Below, piece by piece: positions 10,942 to 23,719 of a stretch of 64,000 nt of DNA. Made by a program: the position numbers and the translations under genes. The DNA comes from Hamiltosporidium tvaerminnensis FI-OER-3-3 (taxonomy: Eukaryota; Fungi; Microsporidia): assembly GCA_022605425.2 (NCBI GenBank), contig JAKIMF020000011.1, positions 248,001 through 312,000 of the forward strand, given 5' to 3'. Within the stretch, counting starts at the first letter, position 1, and each line of letters starts with the position of its first letter. Under the pieces are notes generated by a model. The model worked only from the letters and a program-made list of their open reading frames with translations. It was not told the DNA's origin and ran no database searches.

Positions 10942-11868
10942 TTAAACTCTGCAATATTCTGCATCATTTGACATTTCATACACACATATATCCAAAGCAA
11001 CTTCTGCACTCTCTCTAACGATATCAGCATCACATTGAAGATACTCCTTAAGGATTTCATAGCACTCGTCTGTACCAATCGCACCAATAGCTTCTGCACA
11101 TTCATGTCTGACCATATCATGTTCATTTTCATCTGCAAGTACTGTCTTTAAATGTGGAATACTCTCTTTCATTCTAAGTTGTCCTAATACAAATGCTACT
11201 TCATGTCTAAACAGTGCAGAAGGATCAATAAAGCCTTTGACCAGTACATCTACATTTTTTTTATTCCTCAAAGAAAACATGGCGCCATATCTAAAGTAAA
11301 TATCGCGGTGGTATAAATATATCGATTCTAAGATATAATCATCGATGATCAACGGATATGCAGGGTCATACGAATCAAATTCAGAAATTTCTATTTTATC
11401 AAATTTAACAAAATCATCAACAGAATATTCATTGATCGAGTTCTCGTTCGTTTCAACTTCAATTTTATTGTTTAGTTGGTGGTGATTTTCTATCTTTCTA
11501 ACAGCTAAATAGCATGTTTCTCTCACAGGAATAGAAGCATCTTCGTAAAAAGATTTTAAAAATTCTATATTTTTTTTATCTAGAAAATTACCAAGCGCCT
11601 CAGCACATTCGTGTCTTACGATTTCATTTTCTTCCGTATTTCTTAGAACATTTTTTAGTGTATCAATACAACTTGGATTTCTCATTTGTCCCAATACATA
11701 CGCCAATTCGTGTTTCAACAAAACAGATTCGTTATGAAATGCAGAAATAATAATCAAAACCGATTCTATTGTATTGATATTACGCAAATAGAACAATGCG
11801 CGCATTTTCTGTGTTATATTATATTTATTTCCGTTTAAAATATCTCTTGCTTTATATACTTCAGACAT
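10942..11868 (-). CDS. DOHH: Deoxyhypusine hydroxylase (eIF5A hypusination, HEAT-repeat diiron enzyme)
   Basis: Four His-Glu motifs in two dyads: LKHELAYVLGQ, VRHECAEALG, FRHEVAFVLGQ, VRHECAEAIG. Also KMRALFYLRN and SYDPA. 308 aa. Confidence 0.97.
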   Translation of the reverse strand: MSEVYKARDILNGNKYNITQKMRALFYLRNINTIESVLIIISAFHNESVLLKHELAYVLGQMRNPSCIDTLKNVLRNTEENEIVRHECAEALGNFLDKKNIEFLKSFYEDASIPVRETCYLAVRKIENHHQLNNKIEVETNENSINEYSVDDFVKFDKIEISEFDSYDPAYPLIIDDYILESIYLYHRDIYFRYGAMFSLRNKKNVDVLVKGFIDPSALFRHEVAFVLGQLRMKESIPHLKTVLADENEHDMVRHECAEAIGAIGTDECYEILKEYLQCDADIVRESAEVALDICVYEMSNDAEYCRV

Positions 11869-11880
11869 AATATGGGCTCA
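11869..11880 (-). promoter_or_regulatory. Microsporidian CCC initiation motif upstream of the DOHH ATG
   Basis: The minus strand reads ...aaaaaaatgagCCCatattATG. CCC/GGG motifs close to the start codon are established microsporidian promoter elements. Confidence 0.55.
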
Positions 11881-14800
11881 TTTTTTTAAATATATTTAAA
11901 AATGGTAAATTATAAAATTTATATCTTATATATGAATCAATAATAAGAATTTGTGATGAAAATAAAGGAGAAGTAATTAAAAAAAAGATGAAAAAATTAA
12001 TAGTTCATATAATTATATACATTTCTATGCTTAAGACTTTTATTAAGACTTATCGTTTTTTTTTGATAAAATATTATTTTTGTATTATTCGCTCCTTTTT
12101 AAATATATTTTACTATAATAATCGCATATTCAAAAAAAGAGATAAAAATACTAAATACCGTTTTGAAAATGTATGATTATTAATTCATATTTATATATTT
12201 ATTCTTTTCATAGTTTGTAAAGCATAATCATAAAGTAGTAATAAGTAATCAAAGACTCTATAAGCAATAATAAAAAATAAAAATTATATAATTCATTAAA
12301 ATATATGAACTAATTATTAAAGTATCTAATAAATTATTACTATACTATCGAATTAACAATATTCCATGGTTTACAAAATAATTTATATAACATAGACAAG
12401 ACAGATGGTACTTTAGAATTACTTCATTTTTACAAAGCAAATGCAAAAACAATGGTTTAAAACCAGATCGAGAGACCCACTTTAGTAAACTGATATTTTT
12501 TGAGTATTTTATAAGAAAATAAGAGAAAAATTTATCTGAAACATATCACATCTTTTTACAACAAAAGCACATGATATATTGTCTTCACGACTTCCGCAGT
12601 TCTAGGTTTAACATAGAAAGATTTATTGAATTTAATCAGGATCCTTTATGATGCCTACATCGCACTGTTTTATATATAGATGTGTCTAGAACTCATTAAA
12701 TAGAGAGAGGACACGCCATTCTTGTTAATAACTTTGCCTAGTATGTGATATTAGACCAAAAAGCATTTTAGGCTCTTTCATTCAAGCAGTATTTCGTTTA
12801 TTCTGCACTCAACGAACCGTATAGACTTTCGTATAAAGTATTTCGGCGACTTATATTCGGGCCAACAGTACGTTGAAATGCGATACGAACTGATACAACC
12901 TGCTACTTATTCTTCCCGGTTTTATAAGACGTTTTTTTAGTATATCCTAAACGCTAAGTCTAGTAATCCGAGTAGAAAGGTAAACTTTTATGCTTTTACT
13001 TGGCGATGCTTAGCAAGTTCTGCTGCGATCTAGTTACATAAAAAATTACAAAATAGATTTTTAGAAACAGTTTCTTACTTTGTAGATCTTTTCTTTCATA
13101 TACAAATTCCCGTGTAACAATAAAAAGGTAAGGTGTTTTTCATTCTACTAAAAATTGTATTAGTACTTTTACAACAATTTAATTCGATAATCTCGAATGA
13201 ACATGTTCTTAATACGGTTATTTATCCTCTGCATACAAATCGTGTCGCAATGTATAAAATGTATGACTAGTAAAATTTAGATGCAACCTTGGGAGTTATA
13301 AATGGTAAAAATATGACCAATATTGCAATCTGATCAATAAATATAATTTCCCATCAAATAATATGGCGTATAACATAATTATTCAATCATTTTATTATGC
13401 GCTGTATCGTTTTTCTAAGTTTTAACAAAAATGCCTTTTTTGTACTTAAAAAGCGCATCTAATCATCACTGTGATATTTTAATTATAGAGATTAATATTT
13501 TATCTCAAGAAAAAGACCTGTAAGAGGTATTACTGAGAGAGGTTAAAGCTTGTGCGGAGCTGTATTGCCGAAGATCAATGAATAGTTTATGCAGTAATTC
13601 CCATGATTTTATCTAAATTGAATGAAATCTCTGGATTTATGTTGAACTAAAGCTATAAAATTAACTGATATGTTTCCTAAAATTATAAGAATATTTGTTG
13701 AGTATTATTAAATTGATTCAATTTCTAATGTTTTGAAGATTGAAAATAGAAATTAACAAACGAAATTTAAAACGTAGCAGCAAATATACTTAAAATACCA
13801 CAAACAGGAAGTAAATCCTTAGAAAAATAGATATAGCCTGTGCCTCTTAAGTTTATGATAGTAATAATAATATAACGGTAGTTTTAGCAGACAAACCTTA
13901 TCATTTAGAAAAAAAAATCTGAAACCAGAGAAAATAAAGCTTAATGGATACAAAATAACACGCATTCAAGGTTCATACGAAATTAATTTGAATTCAAATA
14001 TATGATAACAAAAATTCTTCTATTTTTTTAGCAGCTTTATCATATAAAACATACAACTAGAATTAGATAATAAAGCCAATTCATAACTGTGGCTTTGAAT
14101 AAAACATAAATTTTTTAGGGTTAAAACATTTTAAAGCATATTTGAATGCTTTACATCTAGTTTTAAATAACTAGAGGCATAAACTTAAGATACCGAATCG
14201 TTAAATTTAGAAATATTTTGCTTCATCGGGATTAAACAGATTATTTGAACCAATCCTCGATGGCTAAGACAATAGAAGTACACATATATTCGTTAATATT
14301 TCGAGATGTTTTTTTTTATAATTAGAGATTCGTATCCGGTATATAAAATAACTTTAAAATTACATAAAAAATGAAGAATAATCAATATAAATAACAAAAG
14401 TAAACATTAAGAGATATTTAAAATCCAGTATAATTCATCTCAAGTCACACAGAAGAAGGTTTTAAAATATTTTTTAAAAATGAACTATTCATATTTGAAT
14501 ATTTAGTCTTTTATAGATTCATTACAAGACTATTTCTAGAAATGAAGTAAAAAGAAAAGGCCAAATAATTTACTTTTTATATGAAATACGGCAAAATTGT
14601 CAATTTAGTTTTTTGAACAATGAGGATTTTATAGAAAAGTCTTACGTTTTGTATATGTTTATAGATTTCTAATCTAAAAAAATAAAATACAAAAATTTGA
14701 AGATTAAACTTATCATTCCTTTATCTTTAAGATAAATTGCAATTTAACTTTTAGATCAGAATGTACATCGAAATAAAAATATATTTTATAAAGATTAATT

Positions 14801-16022
14801 TCATTATTTACGATCATAATTACAACATTTATTTAGAAAAATTTCAAATTTTTACTATATAATTTAAAAATTTGATCTATAATAAGAATATTGTGAAAAA
14901 AAATTGTTTCGCTTTCCTACATATATATTGGAGTCATTGTGTCATTGAATAGTAGAGATAAAGAAATTGGGTATAAATTTTTGAATTGGCATTAATACAA
15001 AGAAAATTATGAAATAATTGTTCTATCCTTTATAAAAAAATTTGTAGTAAAATTAATTAATCGTTTAAATTTAAGCCGCTAAAAATCTTAATAAAATAAT
15101 TGGATTCTGAGCAGTATTTTATAGCCACGAGAATCGTAGGAAAGTAATTTCTTTATTCTCTATATTCCCACTAAATATTTAGTTTAAACGTGTAAGAGTG
15201 ACATTTTTTTGTATATGAATAGTTGTTCTAAGCTATTCATTTGTCTAGTAAAATTTCTTTTCATTTTAGAAACATCTCATTGAACAGAAATGGTAAATAT
15301 GAAATTAATTTTTTATATTTTTTTAAAAACGTATATATAAGGTAAATAAACTCGTCATATGTTTTTAAAAAATATTACTATAATTTTTTCTACTAAGATT
15401 TTTGTTTTTAAAAACGAAATATTAAAATTATATTTTTAAGTATTTTTATCATAGAAAAGGTTTTATAAAAAAACCAATACGCATTATATTTTAATAATTT
15501 AAATCTGTTTTATTGAATAAAGTTAAACATACAAATTCGCAAAAAAAACAGAGGTATAGTGTATATTCTTTTTTATTAACAACCTCTACCATATTTTTTA
15601 TGTTGATTTTAAAGCAAAGATTTATTTGTGATATTTTAAGTAAAATTTCTTCTTGAATATAAAATTCAAACCGAATTTATAATTTTTAAACAAAGGTGTT
15701 ACTATCATGGCTTTTATTGGTATAAATTTTTATAAATTTACTTAGTCGGCTAATTTATTTTTTTCTTTAATTTTTAGAAAAAAAAAATCGAATTACTGAT
15801 CTTAACTAAAAATAGACAAATTATTGGTCAGTTACTATAGTAAGTTAATTCGATTTATAAAAACTATTTGAATAGATTTAAATTGAAAATATCTCTGGAT
15901 TGATGGGTATCTGTTTGATGTGATTTATATAATTCAGTGATTTAAAATATACAGAATTGTCACAAAAAAATGATTTTTTATAAAGTTGTTAAAAAAATAT
16001 CATAAAAAGTTTTAATATCATT

Positions 16023-16455
16023 TTATTTCAGATGAAAAATACCTTTATGAATTAATAGCTCAACAAGAAACAAGATTATTCCCAATGCTCCAAGATATGG
16101 TTTCTTCTAGATTCAAGCATATTGTGAAAATCACCAAAGAAATATGCAAAGATTAAATGAGTTAAAGCAGTCCAAAACATATAATACCAGCTGAATAGAA
16201 CCAATAACTTTCCAGTAGTGCATTATATAATAGGCAACAAAAAAAAATAAATGCTATAAAACACACAAATGTAATAAATATTTCTATTTTGGCATTCCAA
16301 GACTTTCTTTTTCTCTCTATCATTTGATCATGTACTTTGATTACTATTTTTTCCCCTTGAATTTTAGGTGGTTTATATTTTCCTCGCGCGATGATACCAT
16401 TACTTATAATTAGAGCCATAGGATTATTATTTTTTTTTGCAATTAAATTTATCAT
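16023..16455 (-). pseudogene. Frameshifted multi-pass membrane protein (about 4 hydrophobic segments)
   Basis: ORF 16455-16162 ends in two hydrophobic segments. Shifted frames continue as ALTHLIFAYFFGDFHNMLESR and KKPYLGALGIILFLVELLIHKGIFHLK*, with the stop at 16025-16023. Confidence 0.4.
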
Positions 16456-16817
16456 AATTTGTCATTATTAAAATAGGAAATATATAATTTAATTTATCAA
16501 ATATGCGCTAATTAAAGTGCAAAAAAATTTTCATGCATTTTCTAATAACAAACCCCAAAATATTTCTTTGTAAAATAAATTTTTCACTTAAATACCTATT
16601 GACCATTTGGTTGTATTCAAATTTTATTACGAACAAATTATTGCTATATTTGCACAGTTTTCTGCATTTTACAAGAAATAATTACTAATTATAACTGCAA
16701 ATGAAAGGCACAATAATTATTTTAAATAAAGTTTGCATGCAAAGAAAATTTTCTAGACAATTTCCTTTAAAAAAAAATAAATTCTAAATAGTAAATGCCA
16801 AGTCATTTCTACAAACA

Positions 16818-19800
16818 GCTTTTGGTTTATTTAATAAAATTCTGAGTTAAAATATTTTTACCATTTTTATATGTTTTCTTTTACCTCTTTAACCACTATT
16901 GTCTCTTCTTCCAAATCCGACTCTTTATTTATGTTATTGGTCGGTTCCTCCAAAGTGGTTCCTCCTTGTGAAATAAGGGGTGTATTATTTTTTGGTTTTA
17001 AAATTTTAACACCATCTTCCTCTCTTTTCGCTTCTTTTAAAGGGGGTATTGGTTCCTCATGCATCTCTGATCTCATAATAACACACATTGACGCTCTCTC
17101 CCAGCTCTCTTCGGCATTTAGTCCTGACTCAAGTCCTCTTCGTCGATCAAAGGAAATTGTTTGTGCTGTTTTCTTAAGTACTATAGACTGAATGTATGCC
17201 TCTACATTCATGGGTATTTCTAGTCTTTTAAGATGAGATTTATGGTATTTTGTCACAATACCGTCCCAGGTCATCACATAAGGGATTATCTCAACACTAC
17301 ACTTATAAATAAGACTTAACTAATTAGCTAGCAGGTCATACTTCCTGAGGTTTTTAAGTTTCATACACCCGAAGTGAATCTCGGGAAGAGTTCATACTTC
17401 AATAAGTGTTATCTTATTCTTCTTCGTATCTAAAACAAACATGTCCGTCTGTTTTCCGAATTTTAACATCAGTTTTTATTCTGGTGTCAAATCTTAGCTC
17501 TGGATACTCATTATCAAGAATTTCTTGAACTGAGTAACTCCTAATTCGTTTTGAAGACTTAAACTACTATCTATTTAGAAGAAGTAAGTATAGGCATTTA
17601 ACCACTTCATGATGCCGTCTCGTGTAGTCATAGCCTAGCATTTTTTCACATCTAGTTGCTAGATGATCTACAGTCTTACCAGACTTCCCGCAATGTTGAC
17701 ACACACCATCTGCTCCCCAGAATAAATTTCTATCCTGGATATAGCAGAACACAGCTTCATTTCGTGGCCTAATATTTCCTCTCTTTAACCATCTTGAAGA
17801 TTCACTAACACTCACAAGCTCATTTTTTCTTGCATTATATAACTTTGAATGTGTTTTCGTTTTTCTATTTCGTTATATAGTTTTGCAAGTTGAGCTTCTT
17901 CAAAACTTTTCTTTGTGACTTCGTCTACTAACCTTTACTTTACTTTTAAGAAGCCTTTTATTAGTGCAAGATGGGTTTTAATATTATTCTCCACCTTGAG
18001 GATTGCAGCTCGTCTAGTTGATATTTCTTTACTTTTTTCCAGACAATCCAAGAGTTGCAGAAGCATATCTTCGCTTCGCAACTCAGCACTATGTAGGCCT
18101 CTTCCAAGTTCTGTTCTAGGAAGGTATAAACGCTCTTTACATCCTGGGCGATAATGTATTTTATTCTTCACCAACACCGCACGCACTGCATCATCTAACT
18201 TAGATAAGTCAGCCGGTTCAAGTCGAAGTACTCCTATGTGAAGGTTGATTAACGATATCGCATGTTGATTGATTGCATTAAATAATTTTTTTGCGTTTAA
18301 TCTAGTGTTACAAAGTCTTTCAACTCTTGATATAAGTTTGCTCTGTACTTCTTCAAATGAGCTACGTGTTGGATTCCTCTGCTATCTTCTATTATTCCTA
18401 AATATTTGTAAACACCAACACCTTCTAGAAGAGTAGCAGTATCTTCACAACACGTATCATTTGCGGCTGACTTCTCTTTGTTAATCTCTAAGCCAATCAC
18501 TTCTAAAAATTCGTTTGCCTCGCCTGTCATAGCACTCAATGTGGAGCTGTCTTTTGCAAGGAGCTCAAGATCATCAATAAACAAGAGATGATTAGTAGAA
18601 TAGAATGTTGCATCTATTCGTACTGTCACTTTTGTGTATTTTTCATTAAGCTTTCGGCTTAATAGATCTATACACAACACAAATAAAATTGGTGAAAAAT
18701 ATCTCCTGCAGAATCCCTCTCTCAATTTCTTGCTCATGATTTTTTCAGGCCCTACTGATATATCAATTTTCCATTTTGATATAATTACCTTAATAAATTT
18801 CAGGATCCAATCAGGTAAATTAAGGTTTAAAATGCATTGAGTTAAATAAGCATGGTCTATTGAATCATAAGCTTTTTTAAATTAATCCATGTTGTCTTAA
18901 GATTATTTCCATACTCTTTATTTAAGGTAATATTCAGTAGAGCCTGCTCTTTCGCTCCCTGCACACCTCTTACCGCCCCTAATTGGTTCTCTGCAAGCAA
19001 CCCTCGCCTTTCCACTTCAAGTTGAACGACTTTCGTTACACACTTTGTCGTTAACTTATAGAGGTTGGGCATACAAGTGATTGGCCTGTAGTCAGAGCCT
19101 CTTCGTGGAATTCCTTTCGGTATCAAATACGTAAGCCCGCAGTAAAACCAATCAGCTTGATGTGTTCTTTCTAAACATATAACTTTCACAATATCATAAA
19201 TATATTTGTGAAGAGTTGTAAGTTTCTTAATGAAAAATTGTAAATACCATCAATTCCAGCAGCTTTCCAGTTGGGAAGCCAATTAATGATATTTACAAAT
19301 TCATCAAGTGAAGGAAACGTAGTCGGATGATTATCTGATACAAATGGAATCAAATAATCATCATCTGTGACTGTGTCATCATTTTTGTTCCACACTGTAG
19401 ACCAAAAACTCCCAATTTCATCACGACTAACCACATGCTCGGATTCCACACGCTCAGATAACCCACGATAAAATCGACCTCGGAAAAGCTCAAACATACG
19501 ATTCTCTTTTCGGAATTGCTTCCTACTTTCATGCATCGTAATTTTTTTCTCGTACACATTCAAAGACTCATTCTTCTTAACTAAAGCCTCGGAAATAGCA
19601 GTTAGACTGCTCAAGTTTAAATTAAACTCTCGCATGATTTTCCTAAGGCTCTTCGTTTCCGAAGTGGAGAGCTTTTCCTGCTTACAAGCCTTCTCGAGAA
19701 GATCTTTGGAAAGTACTGGCTTAGAAATTTTACTTTCTATGTTTTCCTTCCAAGCGGATCTAGGCTTCTCTTTACGTGTTGCCTCGTCATAGCATATCTG

Positions 19801-20622
19801 CGTAGCTTGCATGATATACGCGGCTTCCGTAATTGACTCAGGTACATGAGCTCCTGCATAATCACCGACTATTCGATTAATGAGATCCAGAACTTTACTA
19901 TCAACCAATTCATTTGGATGTTTTCTAGTTCGGACCACCACTTTTCCAATTTCGTTCTCCGAGATTTCTTTGATTTTACTCAAGAATATATCTCTCAGGT
20001 TTATGTACTCCGTAGTGTCGGTCAGGGTGCATGTATCAGCGAGACAAGTGGCGATTCTACGTCGCTCTCCATTCTCTTCTGATTTTACTTCCTTTCATCT
20101 CACTTTGTGCCAATTTTTTTAACACTTCGAGAGTTTCAGTGCAGCCGAATTTCTCATTATAGTACCTGTGAAGCTCTGTCCAGCCATTTCTTGGCATTCT
20201 TTCAAACCTTGTCTGTACTGCAAAAAAACAATTCGAGGCCATTCCTTCGGGTCGGTTGTTACGGATCGAATATCGTCCGCAATGCCATTAGCCTGTTACC
20301 TTCCGGAATAGCCAGAGTACAGGGGCTTGTCATGTCGTACGATGGATCGCACGCAGAGACTTCAACCGAAGAGGGAACTGGTGCATTAGGCGAAGGTAAG
20401 GTGTCAAGCCCACTATTTTGCATTTTACTGCATGTTTGGCTTGGTGGTGGAGGTGTTATTGTTGTGTAGAAGGAGGAAGGTAGGGAAATCGCCGGCGGGT
20501 GTAGCTTACATTTTTGTACCTCACTATCACTCTTCTTCACCTCATCAGCGTCGTTTGCAGCCTTTATTTTGGTATTTTTCGATATTTCGCTGCTAACATT
20601 TTTCTTTCTACCCATTTTTTTC
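16818..20622 (-). mobile_element. Full-length (3.8 kb) RLE non-LTR retrotransposon, decayed by frameshifts and stops; same subfamily as 1-1670
   Basis: Perfect 14-bp direct repeat catttctacaaaca at 16804-16817 and 20623-20636 (TSD). ATG at 20615. Fragments carry RT motifs (KAAGIDGI, TYLIPK..DYRPITC..NLYK, ENQLG, SPILFVLC, LLFIDDL, YKYLG), the CCHC knuckle and the RLE. About 95% identical by eye to 1-1670. Confidence 0.93.
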
Positions 20623-20800
20623 CATTTCTACAAACATTAATGTTTTATTTTATTACCTTTTGCTCTTTAAGAGCGATTTTAAATAAATTATAATCAAAAA
20701 CAAATGATGCCTTTATAAGTCTTTATACAGAATTTATTATATATTGTTTACTTGTATTTTACTTAACTTTAATATTTTTTGTGTATTTAAATGTAGAATT

Positions 20801-21835
20801 GGGACCAGAGACACCTTTATGGACTAAATTCGCATTAAAAACAAAAATTTGAAAAAATTACACCTAAATTTATAGTTATAACTTTACAATTCCAATTTAC
20901 TAACATCTTCTACCACTCCCCTATAAATTAAATTAAAAAATAATGATAAATTTAAACAATGGATATTTTAAACAGCTTTATTAAGAGCTAAACAATCTTG
21001 AAATATCATCTAATAATTAATTTTCTCCCTTTTTCCAACAGCAAATACTAAAGGTAACAAAATTTTGTTTTAAGTTCGCCATCGATTTAAGATAAACTTT
21101 ATAAGTGGGAACCAATTCTTCTCAATCTTGTTGGTAGGAACACCAGAAGATTTGATAGAATCAATCGCACGAGTGATTTACTGTTTGCTGATCAAAATAT
21201 TTTTCCAAATCACTATAACCTTCTCAACAGTCTAAATAGATTATACAACCGGGCTTCATAAGTTGTAATATTATAGCGGTAATTGTTTCTTTAGTTATAT
21301 CAAAGATAGGTAGACACATTATTTTCCGAGCAAATGTTCTTTCCCCTAACACTATTGTACTTTTGTTTACCAAATCATAATTCGCGAATTTGCTCAGAAA
21401 ATTTCATTGCCTCAAATATATTCCTGCGTTACAGTCAAATTACTTTTGTTTTATCATTCATTTTTTTAACTAATGTCTTTAATCTTCTGTTTATAATATC
21501 TCGAGCAGAAGATATTGTTCTCATTTGTGTGTTTGCAAGGAAACCAGAAGCTGTTTTTCGACGATTTTAAGATTTTTTTTATAGTTGTCGAGCAAAGTAC
21601 CTTTAAGACCAGAAACTTTCTTTTTACATGAAGTCCATGTATAAATTAAAAATAATGATGATTATGAATAGAGAATTATTCAAGAAATACAAGTGCTGCA
21701 TTTTTGGGCCAAAAAAAGTTAATATATGGCACTTAAGCCAATCACTAATATATCGAAACTAAAACTCATGTAAAATTAAATTTTTTGAATTTTTGTTTTT
21801 AAAAAAAATTTAGTATCAAAAAACTACTTTCCACC
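20801..21835 (-). mobile_element. Merlin (IS1595/ISXO2-like) DNA transposon relic, copy 1
   Basis: Minus-strand translation across stops and frameshifts gives QIREL*FGKQK/YNSVR (cf. ExDESKFGKRKYNRGR), KETITAIILQLMKPGCIIYLDC*EGYSDL, QTVNHS and GVPTNKIEKNW (cf. GVHTNxIEGxW). Degenerate ~60-bp TIRs begin with GG. Confidence 0.78.
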
Positions 21836-22934
21836 AACAAGCTTTTAATTTCGAAGATTTTCTAGAGTCAAAAATGTTGAAAAAGCAATCAAAAAGCCAA
21901 ATTAAACTTATATTCTTATATATTAAATCATGGGCGTAAACCAGAAAAAATACACCAAATGATCACAAAAAAACAAATGTCAATCAAGAATATTTTCGTT
22001 TTTTTAGCAAACAGTTTGAACAAAAAAAACATGCAAAAGGTATTTATATGTGCGCAATACAAACTAGAGTATATGCAAAGGTTGTTTTATTGCACCAGAT
22101 TGCACTAAATTCACGCTTTTGAAAAAAAATACAATGAATGAATAATTTTTTGTTAAAATAGGTTGTCTGATTAGATTTATAACGTAAGAAAAAGTTATTA
22201 CTTTATTTCTTTTTTGACATATACTTTAAGGATGGAATTATTTCCCCGTTTTGGAAATCGGCTTCGGAATATAGAATTAATTCTTCCGCCAAATCAAGAG
22301 TTTTTTTAAAATAAAAACCAGACAATTTTTTTAATTTGCATATTCTTATATATAATTAATGCGCGTCTCATAAATTTATGTTGATTTGATTCTTTCAACC
22401 TGATAAATTCTGTTTTTAAATCGATTTTTATTATTAATATAGAATTGAACATAAATAAACATCCGATATGCAATGAATGTGTGGAATTGGTTTGAGAATC
22501 ACTGGTTAACATTTTGATGAGATATAAACCACATTAGATATATTGGCTAATCAATCATAATTTCGTATTAAAACAGATTTAAAGAAGTAAATTTCAACTA
22601 AAAGACAATCTCAAGAATACATTTCTTCATACGGAAATCTTACTATGACTTATGCAACATAAATTTTATAGATTTAGCTCAGAAAAAGAGAGGAATCTAT
22701 GAATTTCGTTTTGGTTTGACCCCTTAAAACAGGATTTTCGTAAAAGAGGAATTAAAAATGAAAATGCAAAGACATTGACCATCGACAAAACGCTTTAAAT
22801 ATGTTCATCATAAACACCTAGAAGTGGAAAAAATCGGGATTAAATGAGCAATAAAGATTTGAGAAGATATATAATTGATAGTCTAAGAAATTTTCTGTTG
22901 CAAATAAATTATTTTAACTATTGAAATTGAAGCT

Positions 22935-23545
22935 AAGATATGAGGAAAAATAAGATAACACACATTGAAGTAGGAATCACATCCCAATATTATGTTCAAA
23001 CAGTTAAAACATAGAAACTTGGGAATTATGACTTAGTAGAAAATGATTTAAGTCTTATTTATAAATGAGGTGTAGAGATGATTCCTTATGTGATGACCTG
23101 GGACGGTATTGTGATAGAATACAACAAAAAATATGCTAAAAGGCTACAAATACCAATGAATGTAGAGGCATATATACAATCCATAGTACTCAAAAAGACA
23201 GTCGATACAATTTATTTTGATCGACAAAGAGAATCTTAGTCAGGTCAAATACAATAAAAAGCTGGGAGAGAGCGCCATTAAGTAAGTGTTATACTAGGCT
23301 GTGATGTAAAAACAACTAACACTCTTTTTAAAACAAGTAGACAACGAGGAAGATGGTGTTAAAACGGAAAATACAAAAAATATTACATCTCATATGTCAG
23401 AAGGAGGAACCACGTTATAGAAACCTAAAATTAACATCAATTAAGTGTTGGATGTTGAAGAAGAAACGATAGTGGTTAAAGAAGTAGAATGAAATTTATA
23501 ATAGTTATAAAGATGTTTTAACCTAGAATTCCTTTAAATAAAAAA
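22935..23545 (+). mobile_element. 5'-truncated 3' fragment of the RLE non-LTR element (pseudogenised), unit 1
   Basis: KNKITHIEVGITSQ...YVMTWDGIV...IPMNVEAYIQSIVLKKTV with stops. Ends in ttttaacctagaattcctttaaataaa, like the element 3' end. Confidence 0.85.
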
Positions 23546-23610
23546 AGAAAATAAAAATTAAAAAATTTGCTTTTAAGTCATTTTCCCAATTTAGAAATTC
23601 TCAATTAAAT

Positions 23611-23719
23611 TGACTTTTTTGACTTTTTTGACTTTTTTGACTTTTTATAAATCAAAATTAATTAAAATCAATATTTTGACAGCAACACTGGGTTTATAAA
23701 GCAAGAAAATCAAACCCCC
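23611..23719 (+). promoter_or_regulatory. Putative promoter of the 519-aa gene: (tgacttttt)x4, gggTTTATAAA, and CCCCC directly before the ATG
   Basis: Sequence ...ctgggtttataaagcaagaaaatcaaaCCCCCATG is conserved in all three units (CCCCC at 36587-36591 and 49459-49463). Confidence 0.6.

Noticed and set aside
10534-12176. Small ORFs 10534-10740, 10899-11138 and 11988-12176 (and 6681-6887)
   Set aside because: Low-complexity AT-rich or repeat-derived frames, or an alternative frame of DOHH.
12350-13600. Slightly GC-richer stretch; the minus strand has LGYTKKT, reminiscent of IS630/Tc1 transposases
   Set aside because: No DDE motifs, TIRs or continuous frame could be reconstructed. Possibly an old TE relic but unsupported.
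16808-16828. The LINE 3' junction (minus strand aaaccaaaagctgttt) matches 16 nt inside the Merlin relic (34426-34441)
   Set aside because: Similarity does not extend convincingly and overlaps the TSD. Chance in AT-rich DNA cannot be excluded.
21700-21739. ggcacttaagcc initially taken as the Merlin terminus
   Set aside because: Homology among the four copies and the inverted match to the left end extend about 95 bp further, to 21835 / 60455.
22306-22512. 68-aa ORF conserved in all three units (also the 25579-25800, 31987-32178 and 32904-33134 families)
   Set aside because: Short, motif-free and within near-identical duplicated DNA or TE relics, so the conservation is not evidence of coding.
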